A stretch of 63,819 nt of DNA, counting the filler, from Lenisia limosa (Eukaryota > Protista > Breviatea): the NCBI GenBank assembly GCA_001655205.1. It is 15 parts of 15 records of this genome, joined end to end, with 100 filler letters (N's around TTAATTAATTAA, not from the genome) between each part and the next. Parts side by side here need not be neighbours in the genome. Positions count along the whole stretch, not along the records: positions 37,647 to 42,838 come from LPNZ01010623.1; positions 42,939 to 45,384 come from LPNZ01008729.1; positions 45,485 to 54,318 come from LPNZ01008131.1; 12 more parts are not named here. The stretch is one strand, 5' to 3'. A program made the translations under genes and the position numbers. Below, in pieces: positions 38,560 to 50,800 of the stretch (the first letter of the stretch is position 1; the number at the start of each line of letters is the position of its first letter). The notes beneath the pieces were generated by a model. It made no database searches, was not told the origin of the DNA, and was given only the letters and a program-made list of their open reading frames with translations.

Positions 38560-41500
38560 AAGCTTCAAAGCATACTACCCCCAACAGAATGGCCTACCTT
38601 TGATGGGGGTTGGTTATGAGCGTTCTCCACAACGCACGGTACTGCTGCCTTGCCTGTTAATGTTAGAAGAAATTTGGTAGATTAGTGTACTAATATGATA
38701 TATTAAATGACAAAAGTTACCTCCAAATATAGTTCAAGTACACCCGTTCCACCCCCCCCCCCGTGTAATAAANNNNNNNNNNNNNNNNNNNNNNNNNNNN
38801 NNNNNNNNNNNNNNNNNNNNNNNNNNNNNNNNNNNNNNNNNNNNNNNNNNNTAAATATGTTGCGTGCTGGCAGAAATGGCATTCAGAGTAACATCGATTG
38901 TTGATGGATAAATAGTTCGAACTAAAATGTAAGGGATTATGAGTGGGAAAAATATTGATGGCGAAGTCTTTCAAACAACAATATGACAGAATATTTGTTT
39001 CTGAGTGTGTAGATATGGGGTCAATAGTTTATGTGCGTGTGATACTCGGTTCCGATTCCGGGTGAAGCTTTACAATAATGTGAGGGATTGTCACTGGAAA
39101 AATATGAGGGATTGAGCGTGGATTTTGGGGTTTTTGAAATGCAATGAAGACGATATCAAAGTGAAACATTTGATCCAAATACTGAATAGCTACGCTACAA
39201 AATATTCATCCCTAATGCCTACTTTTTCGCAGTGCCGCCACAGAGTAGTGAAGAAATCGTTGAATCTGAGGAGTGAGCCAAAGGCAAGATGGAATTGTTT
39301 TATTTTTTGTTGCATTACCTACCTACCACATAACTTGGGCTTCACTTCGGTTCGAAAAAGTCCGGTAAAATTCCAATAGTTTTCGAGGATTTCTCGAGAA
39401 ATTCAGTCTTTTTTCGAAACGAAGTGAAGCCCTATACCTACCCTCTAGAACCCCCCACCCATTAACGCCACCTCCAGCATAACTTATAAACATTCCTAAA
39501 ACCATCTTCCTCAATAATCATACTGCCTGATATCTAAAAATGAAATTGACTCACCCACCCATAAACTCTTTATTGAGAAGAGCGGAGTGGATAGGCCCAA
39601 GCGCTGGTTCAACTTTCGAAACAAAATACCGCACTTGTTCGGGAACTACCTGAGGCGGGGGAGTAACAAGGGACAAAGTATGGAAAAAAGGGGAGCATGA
39701 AATCCACTCTCTGTTGGCTGACAACACAAGAGGGTTGATAACAACAAAACAAAGCCCAGGTTAACTTCTGCAGCACTGTATCCCATTACTCCAGCGTGTG
39801 TGTGTGTGGGGAAGTTAGGTCGTATACATTTGGTTGTCTCAATTCTCTGCTGGGTAGACATTTTGAGAGTTGAGAATAGAGTCAACCAAATGTTCCATGC
39901 TACGGGTAGGTACAATATATAATTGATTAACAATAAATTTCAAACAAACAAATCATCAATTGTGTAGTAATACATGCATACCTGGGGTAACGCAAGGGAT
40001 TCAGGAACGGTCTGTAGCTGATTTAGGGAATCGGAAAGTTCAACAGATATTAAGCTCCAGGAAATCAGTCTAGACGGAGTAAATTAGGTCCCATGAAATT
40101 AGAGTGGAGTTTTATCATGATTATATCAAGAACAAGAAAACAAAGGTGGTAATAACTGCATCAAAACAAAGGTGGTGAGTTTTTTTTGAGAAATTGGGAT
40201 TATTGCGCAGTCTTTATTTGAACCAATGTTGAAGCCGTCATGTTAATTCTGTCATTTCTCCTAGTAAATACATCAACTTACCGCACAAAAATTAACGCAA
40301 AAGTTTGTGTTTACTGAAAAACAATGACAGAAGGGTTGCCCACCGTTTTGGTACTTCCTCCGGTGCTTCATTTTGCACCTTTTTCACGGTTGCGATGACT
40401 TCCTCTGAATGCGTTAATACCACTATTATTATTATTAATAATAATAATGATGATGATGGTGATGAAGAAGAAGAAGATGGTGATGATGTTGATGTTGATG
40501 ATGATGATGGTTATGGTTATGGTGATGATAATGATGGTGATGAAGGCGAAAAATGACTATCTCTATCAAAATGACTATCTCGGAAGTATCACAAATTCCG
40601 TCCCTTACCGAAGGGGGTTTCATTTCGGATAAATGCGAGGGCAGAAGAGTCAACTAAAGTGAGCGCAACGTCACAGCTTGTTGCAGGCATTTTACTTACT
40701 GAAAAGGGGTGTTAGTTGTAACAACCCTAATATTAGCAATGATAGGTTGTATCNNNNNNNNNNNNNNNNNNNNNNNNNNNNNNNNNNNNNNNNNNNNNNN
40801 NNNNNNNNNNNNNNNNNNNNNNNNNNNNNNNNNNNNNNNNNNNNNNNNNNNNNNNCCTCATTACACAGCTTTGCCTCCCCAGAACAACACTAATGTAGTA
40901 ATACTAAATTCCTCATCACCAATATTAATATACCAGCTACCCTCTCTCATTTTACCCCCCCTATTCTCCCACAAACACCACCTTCATCCTCCCTCACCAT
41001 CAGTTCTCTGCCAGGCATAGGCAAGGCGAAGTTCGGAAAGAATTAATGATTCCATCTCAAACACTTCCGGAAGGACACAGAGGTTCGGCAATCGCNNNNN
41101 NNNNNNNNNNNNNNNNNNNNNNNNNNNNNNNNNNNNNNNNNNNNNNNNNNNNNNNNNNNNNNNNNNNNNNNNNNNNNNNNNNNNNNNNNNNNNNNNNNNN
41201 NNNNNNNNNNNAAATTATGATTCAGAATTGCCAGTGATAATGATTACGTTGCCGATAATGACTAACGAAACTGATTAGTGAGTAGGATAACTAATACGAA
41301 GGAGAAAAACAAGGTAAAAACAACATGAAGAACAAAATACAGTATTGATTTTTTTGGTGTCATATAGCATGTAGCACACGAATCTCTATAAAAAGACTTG
41401 GTACCTCCTCCCCTTATTATTACCCTTTGAAACACCAACCCCCTCATATATCCCACCGGGATCCCCACAAACAAATATTAAAACCTTTTGGAATTCTGGA

Positions 41501-42540
41501 CAGAGTGAAAACACCGAGTCAGATAAACCGGATTTTTGGCGCCCTAAAATGTTACTCAGAAAATGACCGGGATAGTCTTGACCGATTTTCCTTGGGAAAT
41601 ATCATAGCAAATATGTCAACACTTATCCAGGCCATTACAACCCCCCCACGATCGAGGCAGGTCACCAGTGCCTCTAAACAAGGTTTAATGAGAGACGAGC
41701 CGCACAAATCACTGCGGAATCCTTGGTGCGTTAGGATTGGATTTGGATGAAAAATGGTTCATCAGCAACATCAGCAACATCATCACCATCAATAACACCA
41801 CTCCAACACCATCCCCACCAGGAAGGAAGGCCACAAAACTATTCCGAAGATCTTTTGAGAATGTATCCATTGCGGTAACAGGAGAACTCTGAAAACCATT
41901 AATAAAGGGATCGAGGATTCGGTACCAATATCATATGATATAAATGTACTGTTTGTTCATTTCTCAACAATAATTGATTTGAACCTATTATTTGAAGAAA
42001 CTGGTAGAAGTGATGATGGCGAAAGCGGCGATGATGATTATGACTGTTGTGATAATGTTTGTGATGGTGATGATAGTGTTTGTGATATGTTTGTGATGGT
42101 GATGATAATGGTTGTGATGGTGATGATAGTCATGTAATGTATACTTGTGTACGTATTATATAGTATACATAGTATATACATATGATAAAAAAAAATTAAG
42201 CTATCTCCCAGATCATGCATTCAAAACACCCCAGCCCCTCACGTGCACTAAGGCTGCTGCAGCAAAGAGGACACATGGGCGTAGTAGTCCTGGAAGTGTC
42301 TGTGGAAGGTAGAATGAGTATATTGAGACCAAGAAAATAAAAATCATATCGCTATGTACGTTAAAGAAAACATGGTTTTGTATAATTGTTCTCAAAAAAC
42401 CCAAAGAGAAAATAAATAACACTATCACTGATTTAATGGAATATACAATATCAAATGCATTAATAACATCAGTAACACACAACAAACCTCATCACTGTCC
42501 TCCAGCCAGCCCTCGGGAAGATGTCGGGCTTGGATCNNNN
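38560..42540 (-). CDS. Series of minus-strand exons of one or more unidentified genes
   Basis: Splice-bounded exons such as VVPEQVRYFVSKVEPALGPIHSALLNKSLW, EEVIATVKKVQNEAPEEVPKRWATLL, WYRILDPFINGFQSSPVTAMDTFSKDLRNSFVAFLP and TLPGLLRPCVLFAAAALVH. Confidence 0.45.
39337..39433. mobile_element. MITE family A (about 95-bp palindromic element), about 16 copies in the window
   Basis: TIR (ta)gggcttcacttcggttcgaaaaa ... ttttcgaaccgaagtgaagccc(ta). Copies at about 14122, 16814, 20871, 21300 (partial), 22858, 23337, 24175 (partial), 25803, 27000, 27437, 30499, 36860, 37061, 39337, 61555 and 62385. A gggcttccctac variant occurs at 23337, 30499 and 62385. Confidence 0.9.
39652..39795. repeat. Intronic repeat family F (aatcaactctgttggctgacaacac...gggttgataacaacaaaac...gcttctgcagcac), more than 15 copies or fragments
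   Basis: Similar sequence at about 2925-3045, 15210-15340, 20710-20800, 21550-21735, 22330-22720, 37157-37240, 39652-39795, 61490 and 61900-62018. Reverse-oriented copies at about 18370, 19620, 20045, 20255, 28285, 55330, 55560 and 57865. Confidence 0.8.
40425..40545. repeat. Compound trinucleotide microsatellite (ATT/AAT/GAT/GAA/GGT)
   Basis: Directly visible low-complexity run. Similar tracts at about 30805-30870 and 42020-42130. Confidence 0.9.
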
Positions 42541-43140
42541 NNNNNNNNNNNNNNNNNNNNNNNNNNNNNNNNNNNNNNNNNNNNNNNNNNNNNNNNNNNN
42601 NNNNNNNNNNNNNNNNNNNNNNNNNNNNNNNNNNNNNNNNNNNNNNNNNNNNNNNNNNNNNNNNNNNNNNNNNNNNNNNNNNNNNNNNNNNNNNNNNCAA
42701 AAAAAAACATTTTAAAAAAAATAACACCAACACTAAAACTAGATCACAATCATTTTAAACTGGAGAATTTATTTAAAAAAAAAGCCTACAATAAACTATT
42801 GACAAGAAGACAAGAAATACATGAGGGTTGGAATGAAANNNNNNNNNNNNNNNNNNNNNNNNNNNNNNNNNNNNNNNNNNNNTTAATTAATTAANNNNNN
42901 NNNNNNNNNNNNNNNNNNNNNNNNNNNNNNNNNNNNNNACGTCAAAGACAACTCCATTTCTGTGGGTTGTTTATCAGGAAATCAATAATACTTCGAACGA
43001 CTTTTAGTTGAGAGACAGCAACTTTTTCTTTCACCTTTACATCAGCTTTGATGTTGTCCCAGCAATACTCTATAAAATGCCGTATCATGATCATATACAC
43101 GGCAATAAACTCTAAATACTATGTCTAATCCCATTCCAGG

Positions 43141-44260
43141 CCGTGTCAATGAGCCTCCCCGGCCTCTCAAAAACCGTCTCTAACATCTCCCCGAGCATGA
43201 TGAAGTCCGAAGGCTACCGTCCACCCACAGTATGACTCTATCCTCTCAGACCATAATTATGGACACCATAGCTACGATATGAATAATTCAAGACGTATGT
43301 AATGATGATGTCCCGATTTCTCTGACCCACAAGGTTATTCCTGGCGCTGTTGAGTTCAATACGAACCGTGATAAGCTCTTCATTGGTGGGCAGTTCTATT
43401 GCAACCCCCTACCGCCGTCTCAGAGAACTATCAAAACCGGAGACTCACCAAAGGTCCAAGTCTCGGCACTTGTAAGCGGCGGGGTATTGGCACCTCTATT
43501 ATCTTGTAAGTAGCAGTTAAACCGTTTTGTTTTTCATCAAATAAATCCCTTGGAAAATGACTTTTATTATGTTTAAGATGAATCCGATCCGCAAACAGCC
43601 CGAGCCGGCCGCCCAACTCTTCGAAGTTACACCAGGTGTCGTATACTGCCTTGAACACTGCTGTGTATGCTTGGTGTTTTCCCTTACTTGTTCCTTTTTT
43701 CATGTGTAAGATACGGCATACCTTTTTTTCTCGCTATTGTATGTTGTGTCACACCCTCTACCACCCTTATAATCCCAGGATCCCGCCTCCGCATTTGTCC
43801 CTGCTCCTTTTCCGAAGATCTCCAAGACCTACCGCGACAACCATGAATGGGCCCTCGCCAGTACCGCAGTCACCACCGTTTGCGGGAGTTAGGTGGTAAA
43901 TGAACTGTTTGGGTGAGGGGTATGTGATAGCGGTGTCACCGCTTATTGGCATTCTGGGAGGAGGATGATTGCTGCTTGAGGGGATTGTGGTGAGCGNNNN
44001 NNNNNNTGGCATTTTGCTGGAACAACATCAAAGCTGATGTAAAGGTGAAAGAAAAAGTTGCTGTCTCTCAACTAAAAGTCTATTATAATGTTACCGTTTC
44101 AGTTCGAAGTATTATTGATTTCCTGATAAACAACCCACAGAAATGGAGTTGTCTTTGACGTCAGTTACTACGGTATCAACAACAATCGGGTTAGAGACGT
44201 CCTCAATGACTCTCCCAGCAAGGTCGGTCAGGAGTTGACGCTCAATCTAAACCTGTAAAC
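43141..44260 (+). CDS. Multi-exon unidentified gene; the 5' part has an unresolved in-frame stop
   Basis: In-frame splice path VIPGAVEFNTNRDKLFI|ENYQNRRLTKGPSLGT|YESDPQTARAGRPTLRSYT|RSPRPTATTMNGPSP... and LINGVVFDVSYYGINNNRVRDVLNDSPSK. Confidence 0.4.
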
Positions 44261-45490
44261 AGTACACTCAACCATTGACTTGTAGGTGTTTGTTGGGGGG
44301 GGGGGGTTGGAAATGTTGGGACCGAAAACAGGCTACGACATTGAATCAAGAAACCAGGGTAACGATCCTCAACAAAAATTTGCCATATTCTACATGTTTT
44401 TTGCACCATTTAAGACTAAAAATAATAGAGCCATGTTCACGCACCGAATTGACATGAGGGATCGTTCCGTTGGCTAAAGCGGCTTGGACCTGGAGATTCT
44501 CTCTTGAAATGTCGAAANNNNNNNNNNACTACATGTTTTTTGCACCATTTAAGACTACAAATAATAGAGCCATGTTCACGCACCGAATTGACATGGGGGA
44601 TCGTTCCGTTGGCTAAAGCGGCTTGGACCTGGAGATTCTCTCTTGAAATGTCGAAAGTCGTACCCTGAGTGGATTTAAAAGGGGAGGTGTGGTAAAAGAC
44701 AAAACATGCATTTGGTACTATCATCGGACGGTTCATTTATTATTTCACATTAAAGGATATATTCCAGTAAATTTTGCTCCATTAGCAAATACACGTCAGT
44801 TATATAAGCCTCATTACGTTGCACTGCGCCTTCAGAAGCCGCATATTGATAACATCAGGGTACCGGCGGAGTGGGGAGGTCCAAGTAGCATAGGGTGTTG
44901 AATATCCAATTGACCAGTGGGTGCTTGGGGTCACAGTGTAGAATGCCGCAGAGTTGTGCTTTAGAATTAATGACAGCGACTGAATTTTTTGAGGTGTTAA
45001 ATTTGACCAAATGGATAATAGAGAAACTCATTATCCTCATGTGATATTGTAATGGCTAGATGACTATTGTAATCTATCAAATTATAAAATCTATTCAAAC
45101 TTACTTTTGCCAGCGCTTCATTCAGTTTTAGATTGTCCAGCGTTGATGTATTGAGATCATTTCTTCTGATTACTTCACTATGCNNNNNNNNNNAATGTTA
45201 AATTTGACCAAATGGATAATAGAGAAACTTATTATCCTCATGTGATATTGTAAAGGCTAGATGACTATTATAATCTATCAAATTATAAAATCTATTCAAA
45301 CTTACTTTTGCCAGCGCTTCATTTAGTTTTAGATTGTCCAGCGTTGATGTATTGAGATCATTTCTTCTGATTACTTCACTATGCNNNNNNNNNNNNNNNN
45401 NNNNNNNNNNNNNNNNNNNNNNNNNNNNTTAATTAATTAANNNNNNNNNNNNNNNNNNNNNNNNNNNNNNNNNNNNNNNNNNNNTTTAAG

Positions 45491-45974
45491 GTAGCAACAT
45501 TGTCGCATTCTGAGACACTTGCCTCAACTGCCACTATGGTCTCCTATGCGTGTCTTCAGTCTGTCGGACCAATCCTTGAAGAACTGCCTTCATACAATGT
45601 CATCGCTGTGAAGAAGGTTTGCCCTATGTTTTCATTGTTTATTCAGATGTCATTTTTGTTCTCATTTACTTAGGGTGAAACTGTGATTGCCCTCAAGCCA
45701 GGAGAACTTATCGCTAATGAATCTGACATCAAGGAGTCTCTTCTTCGGAATCAGCGCATTAACTCATCCCATGGCCTGATGTGTGGTCCTAAATAAGGTC
45801 TTCTTTGAATTCTGATTTTCATTATCTTGAAATAACCTGTATTAGGAGACCTTTGAGAGTCTTGATGGCACCAAGCAGCTCACTGCCAATATGAAACGTC
45901 GCATCGCAGAAGCCAAGAAGCTCGACTCTCAGCAGAAGGCCACTGCCCCGAAAAAGAAGCCCAGGAAGAAATAA
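45491..45974 (+). CDS. 3' end of an unidentified protein with a basic C-terminus (3 exons)
   Basis: ...VIAVKK|GETVIALKPGELIANESDIKESLLRNQR...|ETFESLDGTKQLTANMKRRIAEAKKLDSQQKATAPKKKPRKK* (TAA 45972-45974). The tail resembles a nuclear localisation signal. Confidence 0.65.
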
Positions 45975-46402
45975 TGTGCTTATGCATTTTTGAATTGATT
46001 GAATCTCGAAAAACTTGTTTGTCATATGAGCTACAGTATTTACTTTTTCTTATTACCAAAAAATACGTTTAAGTGAAATAAGGATCAGAGATTAAAAGAA
46101 AAAGAAGAATAATTAAAAAAAATTAAGACATTTGGGGTAAAAAATTATCGGGTTTTATCGGGTTTACCCGTCCAGGCATATATATATTACAGGGGACACC
46201 AACTTAAAATATTCCTAAAATACTTTAATTAACTTTGGAGGGAATGAAACAGGGGGAAATGGGTTTTTTTGACTTGGAAGAGACAGTTCAGCTCATTTAA
46301 TCGGCTTCTCTGACCAATTCCATTCTTGAAAGCTTGAAAAAAATGATGACTATTAGTCAAATAAACGCTGTTGAAAAATTTTTATTGGTTAACTTCTTCC
46401 AG

Positions 46403-47039
46403 GAGCCTCTCTTCCGCTGTCAGATCGCCAATCTCAAGTACCTCGCTACGACCACCACAAGGAGATTTACGCTTGAAGGTTTCACCATGGTTGCCTCCCC
46501 CCCCTATTTTTTTTACGGCTGCAGCCATCACCTCCGTGATTAAGCATGTTTACAAGAAGTCCTCTGCCTACATCTGCACCCCCAAGCATGCTGGCATTAT
46601 TGTACAATATGCACACAAGGCCAAGGAGATTGAGGACAACACTGGGCCTGTGGAGGACGAGGAGACTCTTGACATTATGTCCGCCAGCAAGTTAGAGATG
46701 TTACTCGAACTGTGCGACCCCATCAAGGTGTGCCACCCCATCAAGGACTGCATTCATCAGGTGAGCGGTTTCTTCTTAGATTTTTTATTTTTATTTCTTT
46801 GTTTTTAGGCATGATACTTACAACTCTATAGGTCAAGGGTGGTTCCAATGCTGCCTCCGCTCTGCATGCCCGACTCTTCCGCCATAATCGCCAAGGAATG
46901 TGACACCATCGACGTTGACAGCACCTGGTCGTCGGTGCTTGTATGTGGAGTTCATGTACTTCTTTTCAGGGGCACCCACAAAGGCTTCTCTTACGACCTC
47001 GGGTATGTGATGATGCACTCGACCAAGGAGTTCCCCACT
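46403..47039 (+). CDS. Protein with a possible BTB/POZ-like domain, partial
   Basis: RRFTLEGFTM|AAITSVIKHVYK...LEMLLELCDP resembles the BTB pattern (xIxLxxxxxxxFxxLLxYxY...xxLLxLA). Confidence 0.4.
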
Positions 47040-47848
47040 NNNNNNNNNNNNNNNNNNNNNNNNNNNNNNNNNNNNNNNNNNNNNNNNNNNNNNNNNNNNN
47101 NNNNNNNNNNNNNNNNNNNNNNNNNNNNNNNNNNNNNNNNNNNNNNNNNGTCCCAATAAAAGTACAATAAACTTCATTTTCATACACAGGATAGAATGCG
47201 ATTTTTACATATTCTTGGCTCAAACCAAAATTAAGTCACTTGGCTACCCGTTTGCTGCCCTTAAACTGCCAAAAATAACCAAAACCGTCATAATCGGCCA
47301 CATTCAAGGATAAATGGCAACTATCAGGGAAAGTTTGACCTTGTAGAAAGCACTATTTTGAACATTTTTCTCTCAAAATTCACCATTACATAGCCAAAGC
47401 AAGGGGGAATCCATAACCAATTACTCCGAGGGGTACAATATTTTGTTTCTTAACACTAAAAGAGGGATAGAAAAAATCCCGTGAAAAGGCAAAAGGGGCC
47501 ACCCCCGGAAACCAAATTCACGGATTTTTTACACTTGCTCAAAATTGAAAAAAAAAGTTGGGGAACATTAAGAGGTCATTTTCTTTATATATCTGTCGAA
47601 CCAGTTTTGTATTAAACATTACCGTTGACCCATACAAGGGGTCAACTTCAAGTTGTCCGGGAGTTTTGATGTGTCCGGTGAATTTTGAATGCTGTCCGGA
47701 GCTTTGAGGACCCNNNNNNNNNNNNNNNNNNNNNNNNNNNNNNNNNNNNNNNNNNNNNNNNNNNNNNNNNNNNNNNNNNNNNNNNNNNNNNNNNNNNNNN
47801 NNNNNNNNNNNNNNNNNNNNNNNNNNNNNNNNNNNNNNNNNNNNNNNN

Positions 47849-50800
47849 AAAATGGTGCTTCAGAAGCTACACTTGAATCCCAGGAATACTCATCACTAGT
47901 TACCAATCTACAAAAACTCAATATGATCATCGTCTTCCATTGCAAGCTTATCATAGGCTGTTCTTGCAAAAACTTCCCAGTCCGAAAGACCACCATCCCT
48001 TTCAATTGTTGACATATATGGATCCTTATGTTCGAATGACAAGAACATGTTGTAAAAAATAAAGAACCTTATTAATATTGAAGAGGATATTAAACAGATT
48101 AGAAGCCATTCCACATCTCCTTAATTCTGAAAGAGACACACAAATGAAAAGTAAAAGCAAACAATTTTTTGTCCAAAGGACTTATCATATCCAACATTTG
48201 GCATAAAACATCTCCAAAAGAGACAGGCTCAACTTGCATTTGTTGCAATCTTTTTACCTAAGGATTTTAGGCAAGAGAGGACAATTATTTATTCTAAACT
48301 AAAACAAGATGAGCTAATTTGACTTTTGTTAAGCTTACTAAAAAATTTAACCTTTGAAAATTTGCTTGATATTTAAAACCGCGAAAAAGCAAAGCATGGT
48401 GTAGTAGAATACATGTACATATATTATTTCTGGGGATATCGACCTGTTAAGTATATTTGCAGGTTCCAGCACTAATCTCATCGATTGAGAAAAACTTGAT
48501 TGCGTGGGTCAGGAAAATCTCATTGATTATGTGACCTGCACGGGTTTTTTGGGTCTAATCGGTCACTGAATTTTACGGATGGCAGCGTGGCTTTTTTGTA
48601 TCAGTGTCCCGACATGGTCATCCGAGAACTCGGCGTCATCGTCGGCATTGAAGTGAGACTTACGGACTATGTTCATAGCCTGCTGATGGCGGAGATCTTG
48701 AGTGGCCAGTATGGTGAGAAGAGGGTAAAAGGGCATCACGTTACTTCAAAAACAAAAACTATTCTCTAAAAACTCAAGAAATACCCACTGTAGCAAACAA
48801 AAAAAGTGAAAATAACTGTAATAAAAAAAACACAACAGTTGGTAAACATGCTCAATAAAACAATACAATCACGAACAGGAAGAAGACCTGAGCTCCCACA
48901 ACAGTCATGAATCGACTGCGAAGGGCTTTGCGCTTGAACATGGCACTTTCAGACTTCTTTACGAGATGACGTACTCACGGTCAAGGAAGACAACTTTAGT
49001 AGCAGCGTAGTTGGCGTCAATTTTAAGGTCTGTTATTCTTGTATTGAAGAGTCAAGGTCAGAATAAATGAGGGAAACAGAAAAGAGAAAACCAATTGTGC
49101 CACTTTCTATTGAGATTTACTTGTCGAGTTTGTGTCAAAGAATAACGTAGGATTTTTGGGAGTGGAGGCAACTAAGAAGCAACGTGCGGTTCCGCAGCAA
49201 AATCTGATTAGTCAGAGTTACTACTACTCTCTCTATGCCTGCATCAAGTAGATAAAGAAGAGGGATGCGACAAATACTGCATTAAGTTTCTTGTAAGCTT
49301 GTCTCAAAATTAAAATAACCTCTAGAGCATTTCATCTGTTTATCATATCGAATTCTGTAACAAGGATGAGTTTCTGAACCAAATGGTAAGTTCTTTCATG
49401 TTTCCCTTTTCATCCTAATATAATCAGAAAGAGATCGAAAATTCCCACTCCAGTTCTGCCTCTCCTTGCTGTTGCTGGTGCTATTATCAAGAAGACACCT
49501 CCTTCGATCTTGAGAAGTCACTCGAGTCTTCAATTAAGAAAGATCTCCGCGCCAAGAACCTCAACTTCCGTCAAAGACTTCACCTTGCTGCTCTCCCTCC
49601 TACCATGATGAATTTTGGTTTTTGAAATATTTTTTGAACATGTTTCACCTTGAAGGACCAAACGAAACCGCAGTAACACCCTCTCTGCTTGTCTCTCTGG
49701 TAATCTTGTCAAGGCCGCTGAACTTGGTAACATTTGTAAGCTCGCTGACAAGACCACATCCGAGAGCACAATGCATCGTATCATCAAGACTGAGATACTA
49801 CCCGCTGCCACCAAGGTCTGTTCAAGCCTATTAGCAATATGGTGTGGTGAGGCTTTACTATCTTAGAAGTACAACAAGATGCTGGAGGAAACTCGTCAAG
49901 AGATTTTCCAACTTGAAGGTCCCAAGATCGTTTTCAGCGCTGACACCCGCTATTCTCAGGTATTGTAGATTGTTTTTGTGCCTTTATGAGAATATGTAGA
50001 AAGCTGTTGTTAATTTGTATAATATTGTTTTCATTGTATCAAAACCTTGTAATATTCAGATACAATCAACTGTTTCAGTCCATTTCTTGACACGACCACA
50101 TTCATGTTACACAAGGACAAGATTCTTGCCCATATCACCATGGACCGCACGTGACGCAGAGGACACTGAGCATGTCGCTGCCACTAGTACAAGGACAAGA
50201 AAGTTCGCCATGACCTGCTTCTCCGAGATCCCCGACCATCTGACTGGTGTGCACAAGAAGAACGGCAAGGTGCCATCAGAAGGAGCAGTCTCTTCTTCTC
50301 CCCATTTCTGTCCGTCCTTCTGCAAGTTTTGTGTTATTTTGAATTTGTATCATTTATCAGCAACTATTGATGTAGCTTTGGGGAACCGCTGATGTTGCCG
50401 CTCTCTACGTTCATGGTCTTAACACATCGAGTCCGCTAATGCTGTTGTAAGCTTACGAATCGATTAACTACTATCCAACTGTTCTCATCACAACTTCTGA
50501 GACCTTATCCACCTCCCTCCTTCTCTTCTTTATCGTATCTTACTGTTTATCGTATTTATTGACATAATCAATAAATACGATAAAAAGCTCTCATCCCGGG
50601 GGGGGGGGGTATCATATGCTGTTGAGGTAGACATCACTGAATATTCTGAAAAAGTGGTGTTGCTTTCGTTTGATGCATTTTTACATTTTAGAAAATCAGC
50701 GCCTCAAGTCGTGACACCTATCCCATCATTGAGGACGCTGTTGATATTCTTGATACCGTCACCCCAGATTACCAGTGCCCGAACTCTCGAGTGTTCTTTG

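Noticed and set aside
40435-40653. Poly-His, poly-Met and poly-Asp ORFs in the six-frame track
   Set aside because: They are translations of an intronic trinucleotide microsatellite.
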